Shown here: in pieces, positions 1 to 11,064 of the stretch
Layout of the letters: each line of letters begins with the position of its first letter
Position numbering within the stretch: the stretch's first letter is position 1
From: a virus
Direction: 5' to 3' (one strand)
DNA: 64,000 nt
Virus record (IMG/VR): IMGVR_UViG_3300045988_159943
Location: 32,309-96,308 of that record
Notes under the pieces: generated by a model
What the model saw: the letters and a program-made list of their open reading frames with translations, nothing else
Told to the model about the DNA's origin: nothing
The model's database searches: none
Made by a program: the position numbers and the translations under genes

Positions 1-3000
1 CCCAAGTGCATTCTCCAGTCGTGTCATGTTTTTCGTTTTGGAATTCTTGTACTTTAGTGGCATCAACACCAGCTTGGACCATTAAAGTCGGAGTGATACC
101 ATTAATAGCAGTATTGATATCTGCCGCAGCAGCAGTTGGGTCAACACCAAGTTTTGCTAAAATTTCTGGACTTGACTGTTGTAATGCAGCAATTGTTGTA
201 TTTAAATCAGCCTGTGCTTGTGTTGTATCTCCACCAACAGCAGTCTGAATCTCAAGAGTGTTGTAATTAGTTTTAAACTCATTAATGAGATTTATTACAT
301 TCTGAACATCTGTTTCAGAAGTGCTTGTATCAACCTGTAATATTGCAGGGGTTTCTAAAGCTTGTTTTCTAGAGATTAGAGTGGCAAGCATTACTTGGGC
401 CTCTTCACAGCCCTCTGCTTCTATATTGATTGTGCCATCAGAGTTCACAAAATGATTTAGGGCTTTTTGTGCTTCTTGAATTTGGCTTATAATATCATCA
501 ATATTGTTAGATTCAATATTAAATGTATAATCTGTTGCTCCAGTTTCTTTTAAAGTGTCATTAGCCTTTTCTGCTTCTTTGTTTCTTTTTTCAGATTTAT
601 TGATTGCTGCATCAATTTCTGCTTCAACATCATAATCTCCGTCTGAAATTTTCTTCAGTATTGCAGCAAGTTCTTTTAAAGATTCTAGTGAGTCTTTAGT
701 GTTAATATTAAGATCAGGCATGCCATCAAGAGTATCCTTGACTTCTTCTAGTAAAGACTTAGTTTCTTTTAACTGATCATTTGTATTTTCTTGCTCTGTA
801 GTAGTAGAACCTTCAATTTGTTTTTTTTGATTTAACAAAGTTAAATAATCTTCTACTTTTTTCTTTTCTTCCTCGCTTAAATTTGCCTTTACTTCTGCTG
901 GAATAGTCCATTCTCCATTTTCATCTTGTATCAACTTAGGAGTAACTTTCAATTCCAGTTCAGCATTGTCAGCTTTCCATTGTTCTATTTGCCCATTAAT
1001 ACTATCAAGAGCCAATTGAATAACAACCTCAGAAGGTTCTATTAATTGACTTTTAACATCAACTGCCTGTTGTAATTCTGTTGTAGCTGCCGCAAGCTCA
1101 TCTGTTTTTACTTGAATTTCTGCCTCGCTTGCGCCATCTTCTTTCATTTGAGCAATTTCATCGTTTAAACTTTTAACCTTATCGTAAGCAGTTTGATAAT
1201 TATTATTCGCATCAATCCATGCCGCTGCACTTTCCTGGGCTTTCTTAGCATTGTCACTTTGTGTTTTAGATAACTCCTGATATTTGGCATTATATTCATC
1301 TACACTAACTTCTCCATTAGCCATTGCATGCTCCAAATCAGCCATTGCAGAAGTTGTTTCATAAATAGAAGTAGAAAGCTTATTTGGATCAAGTTGATCT
1401 AAGAAACTTTGATTATCTCCATTGATCCACTCGCCATCCATCTTCTCCATATTTACTAACAAAGCGTATGCTGCTTCTTCTGTAATATTAAACGCTTCTG
1501 CAAATTGCTTTAAAGAAGTAATGTCCTTACTTAGCTCAATATGGTTATTGTCCTTCCCGGTAAATACTCCAAGAGCCCTGCCATCCTTAATTAAATTGGT
1601 CATATTATCCCAAGTAGAATCAATATTGCCGTCACTATCAATAGTGAAATAACGACCCAGATCTTGCTTGGCATAATTATAAATTGCCTGCATCTTTGCT
1701 TCGACAGTATCTAAATCTTTGTAGACGCTTTCAGGAACCATACCAGCAATTGCCGCCTTAAAGGTTTCAGTTCCTACCATACCAGTTTCAAAGCCGTCTA
1801 ACAGAGCAGATAACATATTCTCTGTGTTGCTAATGTAATCAGTAGCAGAGTCTGCGGCTTGGGCCTGTTCGAACTGAGTGTACGCATTTGTTGCACCAAG
1901 AATTTCTTGTTCAAGCATACTATATTTAGTTATAGTCTGCTCAAGCGCATTCATTTGGTCATAAATGGCATTAACCTGTTCTCTCTGTGCGTCAGTTAGT
2001 TGATTTGTGCCATTTGTTAACTCGTGCATTTGTTTATAAAGCTCATAGTACTTCAATTGAGATTGTGATTTTGCAAGTCTTGTATTTTCTAGAACACCCT
2101 TTTTAGCATTTTGCACATATTGATTTAACAAATCAACATTAGTAACAATATTACCATTCTCTGTATCAATACATTTACCAACTTGCTCTGCTGTCAAACC
2201 AATAGAAGAAAGTGAAGTAACATAATCATCAGATGCCTGCATACCTTCGACAGTTAATTCAGCAGTATTAGATAAAGCTTCATTATAAGTTTCAAGATCT
2301 GTTGCTAAAACAGAATATGTTTTAATTTCTGTTGGGCCTTTTTCAATTATTGGATTGAGTACATCATCTATATTTTCTTCTGATACATTTTCCCATTCAA
2401 CTTCAAAAAGTCTTTGGACAGTTATTGGATCAAGATTATTAATATAATTTGTCGCTTGCTCCTCTGTCATTCCCTTAAAATCCTGAAGTGCTTGCTTAAC
2501 TTTTCCTTCATAGACTGATGTATCTGGAATTTCAATGCCCATCATCTTGAAGAAATCATCTTCGGACATTTTTGTACCATTTTCGCCTAATGTGTTATTA
2601 TCTCCACCAAAAGCATTCCAAAGATCTTCTCTATTTTTTGCAATAGTCTTTTGATATTCTGCCCAATTTAATCCACTCATGTCTGGTTCGAGTAGATTCT
2701 GATATGCCTCTGTGATAGCAGCTGACGTATTAGGGTCTGTAAATGGAGAAAGGATATTAGCGTCAATCCAAGCATATAATGCGTCTGCAGAATCAAAGCG
2801 ATTAAGAGTATCTGCATCTAAACTAGAAATAATTGTATCAACTGCGCTTTGAGCCTTATTATCTAATTTTGCATAATCTAAATCTTCACCAAGATATGCA
2901 TCCATTAAAGTTTTAACTTTACTAGTTTCTGCATTAATTGTTGCCACAGATGTTTTTAAATAAGATTGAAGTTTTGGCATAGCTTTTTGCAAAGCTTCCA

Positions 3001-6000
3001 AATCTACACCTGTACTAGCATCCCATACATCGCCTTTATCTATGCCAACGCTATTAAGCATATTTTTTAAATCTGTTTCTGAATAAGATGCCCCAATAGG
3101 TACGTCAAAGAACGAGTTAAGCCCACCAATATTCTCATTGCCAATCAAATTAACTAAGCGCTCTGCTAATTCAACTTGTTGTTTTAAGCCAGTATCTTTT
3201 TCCCAGAACCATTGTGCAGAATTATCATAATCACCTTTAAATGCATTAAATACATCATCTGCACCTGCAATAGCTGCTTGACGTGCCGCCTGTGCTTGTT
3301 CTTCATATGCTGCAGTTAGCGCTTCTACATTGCCTTTATTTTTTAAAATAGCATTTCCTTCAGCATCATAACCACTAACCATTGTCGGAAATTGTGATGC
3401 AATTTGATTGCAAATTTCATGATAACGTTCATATTGATCAGATGTTAGACTAATATTATTACCAAATGCATCTACACCTTTTGCAAGAGTCTCATATTCG
3501 CTTCCAACAGAATTAATAAGGTCTTTAGATTTATTCGCATTTTCTTTTGCATCACTATAAGTATCAAGTACTTCTTTGGCACTTTCTCTAAGGTTTTCTT
3601 GTTTATGAATTAAATCATCAATCCAACCAATTGTCTTTTCAATAGCAAAAGATACTAATAAGCCAATACCAAAAGTGAGTACAGCATTAAGTAATTTAAC
3701 ACCAGCACTTGCAGCTTTAGCTGCTACACCTACTAATTTTGTTTTGTTTGCGTTTGCTTCATTTGCAGCACCTGCAGCCTTACTGGAAGCAGACTGTCTC
3801 TTTTGCGCATCAGATAAGTCGTCCATTCCATCAACAGCGCCACTGGTAAAGTTTATAAAATCATCCATTTGCATATCATCTGTTACATTTGAAAAAGACG
3901 ACCCTAAAATATCTGCCATTTCATCAGCAGCATCTCCTACATCTTTAACAAATGCATTTTTAATTTTTGAACCAAGATCTTTAAATGAAAAATCAGATAA
4001 ACCATTTACAATTGACGCACCAAAATTCTTAACAGATTGGCCGCTTCCACCTAATTTAAACCATCCATCTTGAAAGGTGATAAAGTCTCCAAGTGAATTA
4101 CTTTTAAATGCACTAAATGTAAATATACCTGCCATAGCAGCGTTTAGCAATCCTACATTATCTGTGGCTTCAACTATAACTCTTCCAAGGTCGATAAAGA
4201 ATTTTAACATATCAGAGTTTAGTGCATTCATCCACATCGTTTGAAGAGAATTATTAAATTGGTCTATTTTACCTTGAACACTGTCTAAATAGGCTTCGTT
4301 TTCTTGCATTGCACTGCCTTCGGCATTTAGAGCAGATTCATAAGCACCAGAGAGGTCGTCCATGTTGCCCAAAAGGGCAGCTAGAACGTTAGAACGGTTC
4401 TTGCCTGCCATGAGTTCGAGGAGCGCTGCCTGGTCTACGTCGCTCATATCTTCCCAAACTTGGCCTATTTCTTTTAAAATCGTATATGTATCTTTGTAAT
4501 CTCCTGTCTCGGTTAAAATATTTACTCCACTGGCAGCTTTAATTTTTGCTTGCATTTTACTAATGCCTTCAACAATACCGTCAGTTTCTTCCCCGAGCTC
4601 TTGCATAACCTCAAGCGAGGTTCCACGTAAACGTAGAGAAATTGTACGCAAAGCGTTACCTACTTGGTTGGGATCTTGTACAACCTTGTTCGCTGCTGCA
4701 ATCAAGGCCACTGATTGTTCGAGGTTATTTCCACCTTCCATAAGGGCACTTGCTGAATCTTGTAGTGCTGTTGCGAGACCATCACTAGACACCGCAAAAT
4801 TGTTTCCTACTTCATTTAAAATATCAACAACGTGCTGACTATCATCCGCAGTATATTGGAAAGCCTGCATTGTACTAATTAATGCCTCAGATGCCTGTGT
4901 CGCATCAGTAAATTCAGAAACATTTAGTAGAATTGCAGTACTTTCTGCGAGTTTAGCTGAATCTTCAATTGAGTAGCCTAATCTTGCCCATTCTGCACTC
5001 ATCGTAGTGAGCTCAGAAACGGTACTTCCAATTACTCCGGCAGTTTTTGAAGCAGTCTGTAAAAATTGATTATAAGTTGCGTCTGTTTCATTTGTAACTT
5101 TTTTCAATTCAGTAAGAGCAGTATCAATTTCTCTTACATATTGAATACCATTTCGAACCTGTTGAATAACTTCATCAATGCCTATTCTTGCGGCGGTATA
5201 TTGAAGTAACTCTTTACCTTTTTTTTTAAGTTCACCGAACACTGAAGTCAACACATTCGTAGATTTTTCTACTTTTTGTGTGGTACTTCCAATCATGCTC
5301 ATAGATGTATCAAAAGAGGCACTCATTTGCGAAACTGTACCATCAGCATTTTTTAATGTAAAACTTAATTTTTTTACGCTATCATCAAATTCACCTATGG
5401 CCGCATCTGCACCATAAACATTTTGAACATAATCTTTTAAAGCATTACCTCGGCCAGCTTCATCATCTAAATCATATGCACCATTAAGCTTTTCAATATT
5501 CTTATTTTTACTTTGAAAAGATTCAGATTGCTTAATAAGATTACTTAACGCTCTGGCACAATCATTATATTTTATTTTTAATTCACCAAATTCGACTATT
5601 GCCTGCGAAGCCTCTGCAGAATTTGAATCTTGAATTGCGCTAAACTTTTTCTGCGCATTAATTAAATTATTTAATGCCGCAGTATATTTGTTTAATGCAT
5701 CTTCAGCAAGAGTAGAGCCACTTTGAACATAAGGTATAGCGCTTTGAGATAATGCATTATATCTAGATGTTGCTGCATATACATAACTTTTCCCATAGTT
5801 TGCCATACTCTTTGTTGACTTCTTCGCCGTTTGATCAGTTATATTATTTTGCACCTTATAGGCATTAATTTCCTTCTCTAACGCTGCAATAACGGTATTA
5901 ATGTCATTCACCTGTGCGCTAGTTGCATTTGCAGAGTTCTTTTTAAGCGCCTTTATTTGTGTAATAATATCTTGATACTTATCTGCAATTGATTTTTGCT

Positions 6001-9000
6001 CTGAGGTCAAGTCAGGTGTAGTTAAATCAAAGTCAAGAGATTTAAATAATTTATTTACCTTGTCTTTTTGTGCCTTTGTTGTCTGTTCAATCTTTGCCAT
6101 ATTTTTCTCGGCATTGAACGCCGAGAAAGCAGAGTCTAACTCTTTAATTGCTTGCTCAGCCGTCTTTGCGCCAGATTGAACTTCATTAGCCAAATTATCC
6201 CAAATGTTAGAAAATTGACTAGACTGTTGAAATTCATTTCCAAGAGATTTTAAATGAGATTCAAGTTGTTGAACTTCAGATATGTTTTGTTCAACATTTG
6301 AGACACTCATTGTGTCGTCAAACAAATTAATTTGCCCATCAAGATTTTCAATATTTTTAACAGTATCCTCTAATTTAGATGCACTATCATTTGCTTTCTG
6401 CGCATCTTCAGCCATATTTTCAAAAAGAGACATCTGCCCACTTGGAGTTTCATACAACTTCTTTTCTTTACCGTCACCAAAGCCTTCTTTATCGTAGCCA
6501 CGGTCTTCATTTCTAGTCTTTATCTCTCCAAGTTCTGTTTTGGCTTTATTGAAAGCCTCATTAACTTGTTCTAACTCATCAGCAGTTATTTTTCCTTGTT
6601 CGCCAAGCGCATCCAACTCTTTCTTTGCAGTTTCAAGTTTTTCTGTATTAATACCAACATCAAAATTAGACATATCGTCTCTCGTCCAAGCACTTGAAAT
6701 ATCGCTACAAAGTTTATTGAATTCTTCTACTTTATTTGATGCGTCTTGTGCTTCGGTGCCCATTTCTCCAATTGTTGCGCTAGTCTTTTGAAATTCACTA
6801 GGATCAATGCCAAAATCTGCGGCCATTCTTGCGGCTAATTGGTCAACAGTCATTAGGCCGTCTTCTACATCAACTATGTAATCCCTAAGTTGATCTACAT
6901 CAGCAGGATGATAGAATTTATCTAAAAAAGAAGAATCATTGTCAGAGAAAATCTTTTTTATTCCATCATTTATATCAGAATATGTTAAGTTTGCTTCCTC
7001 TCGAAGCTCTTTGTATTTATTTTTCTGTTCCTCTAAATTTCTCTTCGCATCTTCAACAGAACTTTTGGCTATTTTACTAGCTTGTACCAAAGAACCATCT
7101 TCGTCTATAATATTTTCCCGTTTCGCAATTTTATTAAAAATTTCTGCCGCATTATCTTCGGAAAAATTTTCAAATAAATCTTCATATTTTGAAAGATCAA
7201 TAGTTCCATTTTTAAAAGTTGACAGTAATGCTTTAAATTTTTCAAGAGGCGTAAGTGATTTACCTGCATTTTCTCCAACATTAGAGATATATTGCGCTAA
7301 CTCATTAAACTGAGAAGTATCCCACGTCTTTGCTACATTGGCATAGTCGGGATTAATTTCAGCCAGAATACTATTAAACTTTTTTGCACTGATACTTCTT
7401 GTTTTTGATTTTGCTACGGCAGCATCCACTTTTTCTACGGCCACAGCTAAATCTTCAAGCTTCACCTTGGTTAAGTCAATGGTCGTAATATAATTATCCC
7501 CAACCATTGCGCTTAAAGGCGCTAGTCCACTTTTATATGTTTTAACTGCATTACTAAAATCATCAGAGTTGATATTAGCACTTAAACCTTGGTGTGAATG
7601 CGCATTAACAAGAGTATTTGAATTTAAGTTTGCTAAATAAGAATCTACGACAGTATTTAATGGCACCGATTTATTTGCGCCAGCTCGCATGTCTATCTCT
7701 TGCCCATTAACTAAAATTTTATACTCAACTTCTGATTTTTGAGATCCTACGTCAAACATTCTTCGAAGCGCATTTGCCATATTGTTAATATATTCAGTTG
7801 CGCTAATAGCCTTTTGGCCAGCTTGGTCTATTGCGGCAGCAGGCCCTTGTGTACCATCACTAATAATTCCCTTCATATTGGCAATAACCTGTTGTGTAGT
7901 CTCTTCGTCGAGGCCAAGGTCAGTTAATGTCATCTTTTTGTTTGCTTCTAATTTATTTAATGCCTCTTCTTGAATATTAAACGTTTCTTTGAATTTTTCT
8001 TTTAAAGAGTCTAATTTATCCTCAAGAAGATCATAAGCTTTTGGACTCAGTTCAACATTATTTAGCTTTTGAGCCCATAAATCAATTTCTCTTAAACTTC
8101 TTTCAACTGGGTCTGTATATTGTTCAAGATCTTTTGCACTGACAAGCCCATCAATACTTTTAAGCGCCCTTACAGTTTCCTTATTATCAGCAATAGCTTG
8201 CTGAATAAAATCTTGTTGATTAGCTTTGATAACCTTATTATATTGATCTGCACTCATTCCAGAGTAAAATTTCAACGTATCATATAAATTCTTTTTGCCT
8301 TTCCGTGCGCCATTCTCAGTAGCCTTGAACGTCTCCATTAATGCATTATCGTTTTTTACAGTATCGGATGCCTTTTGCACTTTCATTGTTGCATCTGCTA
8401 GCTGAAGCAAACTATTTGCATATTCTTCTGCAGATAATTTTCCAGAACTAATTTTCTGGCTCAACATATCAATTTCATCAAAAAGTTTGATAATATTATC
8501 AGTCGTTATTTCAATTCCATAATCATCTGAAATTGCAACGGGGCCATTTTTCTTAACATCAGCTACTAAATCTGCTTTTTTACTTATTTGGGTTTTAAGT
8601 TTTTTTAATCTATCAATTTGTTGATTTATTTCATCAATTTGCTTTTGAGTTTCTTCACTAAATTTTTTTCCTTTATTTTTTACATTTTTAGTAGCATCAT
8701 CAAAACCCTCGGCAATTTCATCACCAATACCATCTACTTGAGAAGAATCAATTTTTCCGATAGAAAGAGTTATTTGTGAACCAATTTGATTAATATATCC
8801 AATTAATTCATCTCTTTGCTCTCCTAAGCTCTTGGCATCAAATATGTCAAAATCAATCTTACTGGCAAGCCCAAGACCTGCCATCATAGTATTAATCTGA
8901 GTTGCAATATCTCTAATTTGTGTTGAAGCATTAGATTTTCTCAAATCAACATTGAGAATGTTTTCAGATAGCCCTCGTGTATCGTTAATTAATTTAGATA

Positions 9001-9265
9001 AATTTCCAAACTCTTTATCTAAATTATCCAAATATCCACCACGTAATTGCTTGCCAAAACTTTCTCTTAACTTGTCGCTATCTCTAGTAAGTCCTGCGAC
9101 TAAATCATCCATGCGCAAAAATGTTTCAAGGAGCTTATTCAGATTACCACGATTGCCAATCATGCCCATAACTTTTTCTGCTGATACAGCTTCGGCTTTT
9201 AAATTTTTTAGTCCAGATACCAAACTATCAATATTGATACTAGGTTTATAAGTATAATCCGCCAT
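1..9265 (-). CDS. Tail tape measure protein, 5' portion; ORF continues past the window start, so at least ~3088 aa
   Basis: The minus strand has no stop from the ATG at 9265-9263 to coordinate 1, because no minus ORF is listed in the track and plus ORFs here are short. My own translation shows an alpha-helical A/K/E/L-rich protein. It contains the TP901-family tape measure core, around ...GVIGSTVSELTTMSAEWARLGYSIED...NKVVQDPNQVGNALRTISLRLRG... RBS GGAGGTGAAATAAATG. Confidence 0.75.
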   Translation of the reverse strand, partial: MADYTYKPSINIDSLVSGLKNLKAEAVSAEKVMGMIGNRGNLNKLLETFLRMDDLVAGLTRDSDKLRESFGKQLRGGYLDNLDKEFGNLSKLINDTRGLSENILNVDLRKSNASTQIRDIATQINTMMAGLGLASKIDFDIFDAKSLGEQRDELIGYINQIGSQITLSIGKIDSSQVDGIGDEIAEGFDDATKNVKNKGKKFSEETQKQIDEINQQIDRLKKLKTQISKKADLVADVKKNGPVAISDDYGIEITTDNIIKLFDEIDMLSQKISSGKLSAEEYANSLLQLADATMKVQKASDTVKNDNALMETFKATENGARKGKKNLYDTLKFYSGMSADQYNKVIKANQQDFIQQAIADNKETVRALKSIDGLVSAKDLEQYTDPVERSLREIDLWAQKLNNVELSPKAYDLLEDKLDSLKEKFKETFNIQEEALNKLEANKKMTLTDLGLDEETTQQVIANMKGIISDGTQGPAAAIDQAGQKAISATEYINNMANALRRMFDVGSQKSEVEYKILVNGQEIDMRAGANKSVPLNTVVDSYLANLNSNTLVNAHSHQGLSANINSDDFSNAVKTYKSGLAPLSAMVGDNYITTIDLTKVKLEDLAVAVEKVDAAVAKSKTRSISAKKFNSILAEINPDYANVAKTWDTSQFNELAQYISNVGENAGKSLTPLEKFKALLSTFKNGTIDLSKYEDLFENFSEDNAAEIFNKIAKRENIIDEDGSLVQASKIAKSSVEDAKRNLEEQKNKYKELREEANLTYSDINDGIKKIFSDNDSSFLDKFYHPADVDQLRDYIVDVEDGLMTVDQLAARMAADFGIDPSEFQKTSATIGEMGTEAQDASNKVEEFNKLCSDISSAWTRDDMSNFDVGINTEKLETAKKELDALGEQGKITADELEQVNEAFNKAKTELGEIKTRNEDRGYDKEGFGDGKEKKLYETPSGQMSLFENMAEDAQKANDSASKLEDTVKNIENLDGQINLFDDTMSVSNVEQNISEVQQLESHLKSLGNEFQQSSQFSNIWDNLANEVQSGAKTAEQAIKELDSAFSAFNAEKNMAKIEQTTKAQKDKVNKLFKSLDFDLTTPDLTSEQKSIADKYQDIITQIKALKKNSANATSAQVNDINTVIAALEKEINAYKVQNNITDQTAKKSTKSMANYGKSYVYAATSRYNALSQSAIPYVQSGSTLAEDALNKYTAALNNLINAQKKFSAIQDSNSAEASQAIVEFGELKIKYNDCARALSNLIKQSESFQSKNKNIEKLNGAYDLDDEAGRGNALKDYVQNVYGADAAIGEFDDSVKKLSFTLKNADGTVSQMSASFDTSMSMIGSTTQKVEKSTNVLTSVFGELKKKGKELLQYTAARIGIDEVIQQVRNGIQYVREIDTALTELKKVTNETDATYNQFLQTASKTAGVIGSTVSELTTMSAEWARLGYSIEDSAKLAESTAILLNVSEFTDATQASEALISTMQAFQYTADDSQHVVDILNEVGNNFAVSSDGLATALQDSASALMEGGNNLEQSVALIAAANKVVQDPNQVGNALRTISLRLRGTSLEVMQELGEETDGIVEGISKMQAKIKAASGVNILTETGDYKDTYTILKEIGQVWEDMSDVDQAALLELMAGKNRSNVLAALLGNMDDLSGAYESALNAEGSAMQENEAYLDSVQGKIDQFNNSLQTMWMNALNSDMLKFFIDLGRVIVEATDNVGLLNAAMAGIFTFSAFKSNSLGDFITFQDGWFKLGGSGQSVKNFGASIVNGLSDFSFKDLGSKIKNAFVKDVGDAADEMADILGSSFSNVTDDMQMDDFINFTSGAVDGMDDLSDAQKRQSASSKAAGAANEANANKTKLVGVAAKAASAGVKLLNAVLTFGIGLLVSFAIEKTIGWIDDLIHKQENLRESAKEVLDTYSDAKENANKSKDLINSVGSEYETLAKGVDAFGNNISLTSDQYERYHEICNQIASQFPTMVSGYDAEGNAILKNKGNVEALTAAYEEQAQAARQAAIAGADDVFNAFKGDYDNSAQWFWEKDTGLKQQVELAERLVNLIGNENIGGLNSFFDVPIGASYSETDLKNMLNSVGIDKGDVWDASTGVDLEALQKAMPKLQSYLKTSVATINAETSKVKTLMDAYLGEDLDYAKLDNKAQSAVDTIISSLDADTLNRFDSADALYAWIDANILSPFTDPNTSAAITEAYQNLLEPDMSGLNWAEYQKTIAKNREDLWNAFGGDNNTLGENGTKMSEDDFFKMMGIEIPDTSVYEGKVKQALQDFKGMTEEQATNYINNLDPITVQRLFEVEWENVSEENIDDVLNPIIEKGPTEIKTYSVLATDLETYNEALSNTAELTVEGMQASDDYVTSLSSIGLTAEQVGKCIDTENGNIVTNVDLLNQYVQNAKKGVLENTRLAKSQSQLKYYELYKQMHELTNGTNQLTDAQREQVNAIYDQMNALEQTITKYSMLEQEILGATNAYTQFEQAQAADSATDYISNTENMLSALLDGFETGMVGTETFKAAIAGMVPESVYKDLDTVEAKMQAIYNYAKQDLGRYFTIDSDGNIDSTWDNMTNLIKDGRALGVFTGKDNNHIELSKDITSLKQFAEAFNITEEAAYALLVNMEKMDGEWINGDNQSFLDQLDPNKLSTSIYETTSAMADLEHAMANGEVSVDEYNAKYQELSKTQSDNAKKAQESAAAWIDANNNYQTAYDKVKSLNDEIAQMKEDGASEAEIQVKTDELAAATTELQQAVDVKSQLIEPSEVVIQLALDSINGQIEQWKADNAELELKVTPKLIQDENGEWTIPAEVKANLSEEEKKKVEDYLTLLNQKKQIEGSTTTEQENTNDQLKETKSLLEEVKDTLDGMPDLNINTKDSLESLKELAAILKKISDGDYDVEAEIDAAINKSEKRNKEAEKANDTLKETGATDYTFNIESNNIDDIISQIQEAQKALNHFVNSDGTINIEAEGCEEAQVMLATLISRKQALETPAILQVDTSTSETDVQNVINLINEFKTNYNTLEIQTAVGGDTTQAQADLNTTIAALQQSSPEILAKLGVDPTAAAADINTAINGITPTLMVQAGVDATKVQEFQNEKHDTTGECTW

Positions 9266-9284
9266 TTATTTCACCTCCTAATGA

Positions 9285-9830
9285 TTATAGATATATTTTA
9301 ATTAATGACATAAAAATACTATCAAGATATGGCTTTAAATACGCATCACCATAAGCTTTTTTATATTTATTAATTGTTCGATTCACATTTGGACTAGCTT
9401 TAATCTCTCTATATTTAAGCTCTGAGACACCAGATTGTGGCCATCCATTTGTCCATGGGTGAGTACCTCTCATAAAATTATCAAAAACATATTGCCCACC
9501 AACAGTAGCCCATTTTTTACTTGCATGACTATGATAAATGCCTTCCAATTTGCCAGGGTCCATGTTTAAAGTAACCGTCATATTAACATTCTTTGCAGTC
9601 TTTTTTAGACTTGTAGTAACAGTATAAATGTTGTATAAACTATGCGTTCTTCCGTATCTAGTATATTGCCCTCTTACATATTCGTAATATGAATCAACTG
9701 TACCCTTAGCCATTTCTTCAAAATCTTGTTGCATTTTTTGGTTTGCTAAATTCCCAGCAGTCACGGCTGCTAACTCTATATTATCAATTAACATTTGTAT
9801 AGCTTCGCTTACTAACATTCCACTTGCCAT
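9285..9830 (-). CDS. hypothetical protein (181 aa)
   Basis: ORF with RBS GGAGTGATGATGTATG; no recognisable motif. Confidence 0.4.
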   Translation of the reverse strand: MASGMLVSEAIQMLIDNIELAAVTAGNLANQKMQQDFEEMAKGTVDSYYEYVRGQYTRYGRTHSLYNIYTVTTSLKKTAKNVNMTVTLNMDPGKLEGIYHSHASKKWATVGGQYVFDNFMRGTHPWTNGWPQSGVSELKYREIKASPNVNRTINKYKKAYGDAYLKPYLDSIFMSLIKIYL

Positions 9831-9853
9831 ACATCATCACTCCATCAAATTAT

Positions 9854-10390
9854 TTAATTTCCTAATGTTTTTAGCAAATCTGTTAATTTACTTATATCCT
9901 CTTCTGTAATACTTTCCTTAAACATATTTACCTGACCAGATAAACTTTCTAGTGCTGTATCAAGTTTATTATTTAACCCATATAAAAACTGAGTTATTTG
10001 GCACTCAATGCTATTAGACTTTAAAATAAAATCTGCCTTCATACTTAACATACTAAGAGTTGCGTTATATTCCGCAGAAAATAGCTCAACAATTTCATTT
10101 AATAGCCCATACTCACATAACATGTCATACTCTTCAATTAATTCATCATAATCTGTAGAGAATTCAAGGTTGGTATATGCTTGAATGACACTGGTTGTAA
10201 AGACAATATACTTCTTCATTTCATCAAACTGAATGTAACCATTTGTAACCACTTTGCAACTTTCTGTAACTGATTCAATAAGCTCTTGCTTTTCAACAAA
10301 TGGTAAATAATTCTTTACCGTAATGATATTTTTTAGTCCATTAATATTATTAGTTTTTTTGGCCTTTTCAATAAATTCCTTAATCTTCAT
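9854..10390 (-). CDS. putative tail assembly chaperone (acidic helical protein immediately upstream of the tape measure gene)
   Basis: Start corrected to the internal Met (MKIKEFIEKAKK) at 10390, preceded by AAAGGAGA and the conserved promoter-like motif. Acidic helical composition and position before the tape measure gene. Confidence 0.4.
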   Translation of the reverse strand: MKIKEFIEKAKKTNNINGLKNIITVKNYLPFVEKQELIESVTESCKVVTNGYIQFDEMKKYIVFTTSVIQAYTNLEFSTDYDELIEEYDMLCEYGLLNEIVELFSAEYNATLSMLSMKADFILKSNSIECQITQFLYGLNNKLDTALESLSGQVNMFKESITEEDISKLTDLLKTLGN

Positions 10391-10411
10391 AATTAAAATC
10401 TCCTTTAATAA

Positions 10412-10426
10412 ATAATTTTGTATTGT
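10412..10426 (-). promoter_or_regulatory. conserved motif copy 1 (minus: ACAATACAAAATTAT) upstream of 9854..10390
   Basis: Exact 15-mer ataattttgtattgt on plus; ~20 nt upstream of the RBS. Confidence 0.5.
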
Positions 10427-10460
10427 ATATAAAACGGCTTTATCCGTATAGTTTTCTATT

Positions 10461-10982
10461 TTAAGGGCCCCAATACCAGCAATCATCCTTAACATCTTCG
10501 ACTCGAATATTAATCTTTGGTAAATTAAAACCTGACCTTGCTAATAGAATACTTTCTGCTTCGTCATCAGTAACTTCTATTTCATATTCTTGTTTAACAG
10601 CCTTAATTGCTTCAAGCTTTAAAACTTCACGTTTTACATTTCTACTTTGCTCTAATCCAATTTTTTTTCTCCATTCTGAAGGAACAGGATTTTCAAATTT
10701 AATATTATGTTGATAAGCATAGAGCATAACTACACCAGCGAGGGCACTAAGTTTTTGCACAGTGTCTACGTTTGAACGAAGGACACTTTTTTCCATAATG
10801 ATTACATCAATATTGTCAATATTATCTAAATACTCCCAAATTTTATTTGACATCATAGGGATTCTTTTTGTAACATCCTTTTCTTTATGGCAGTCAATAA
10901 GTGTATGTGTTACATATTCATTATCTTGAAATATACAAATTCCTGTCTTATTTGTGGATGCATCAATTCCAATTACCTTCAT
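10461..10982 (-). CDS. RuvC-like Holliday junction resolvase
   Basis: Start corrected to MKVIGIDASTNKTGICIF, with RBS AGGAGTGAAAAGGATATG. N-terminal IGID.S.N.TG and C-terminal DDEAESILLA are typical of phage RuvC-family resolvases. Confidence 0.7.
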   Translation of the reverse strand: MKVIGIDASTNKTGICIFQDNEYVTHTLIDCHKEKDVTKRIPMMSNKIWEYLDNIDNIDVIIMEKSVLRSNVDTVQKLSALAGVVMLYAYQHNIKFENPVPSEWRKKIGLEQSRNVKREVLKLEAIKAVKQEYEIEVTDDEAESILLARSGFNLPKINIRVEDVKDDCWYWGP

Positions 10983-11003
10983 ATCCTTTTCACTCCTAAA
11001 ACA

Positions 11004-11038
11004 TAAAAAAAATAGGGACACCCACAATAGGTGTCCCT
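11004..11038 (-). terminator. rho-independent terminator after the CHAP lysin gene
   Basis: 9-bp stem agggacacc/ggtgtccct with loop cacaata. It is followed on the minus strand by a U-run (plus strand aaaaaaaa at 11004-11013). Confidence 0.6.
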
Positions 11039-11064
11039 TGAACATAACTACTAACAATATTCAA

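Noticed and set aside
3675-7313. Several 70-130 aa plus-strand ORFs inside the tape measure region
   Set aside because: All overlap the uninterrupted minus-strand tape measure ORF. Their compositions are S/A/L-rich antisense artefacts without RBSs.
9285-10390. Programmed -1 frameshift (gpG/gpGT-type) between the chaperone-like ORF and the following 181-aa ORF
   Set aside because: The downstream frame has a stop two codons before its ATG, so it cannot be entered from the upstream ORF. No slippery heptamer was seen.
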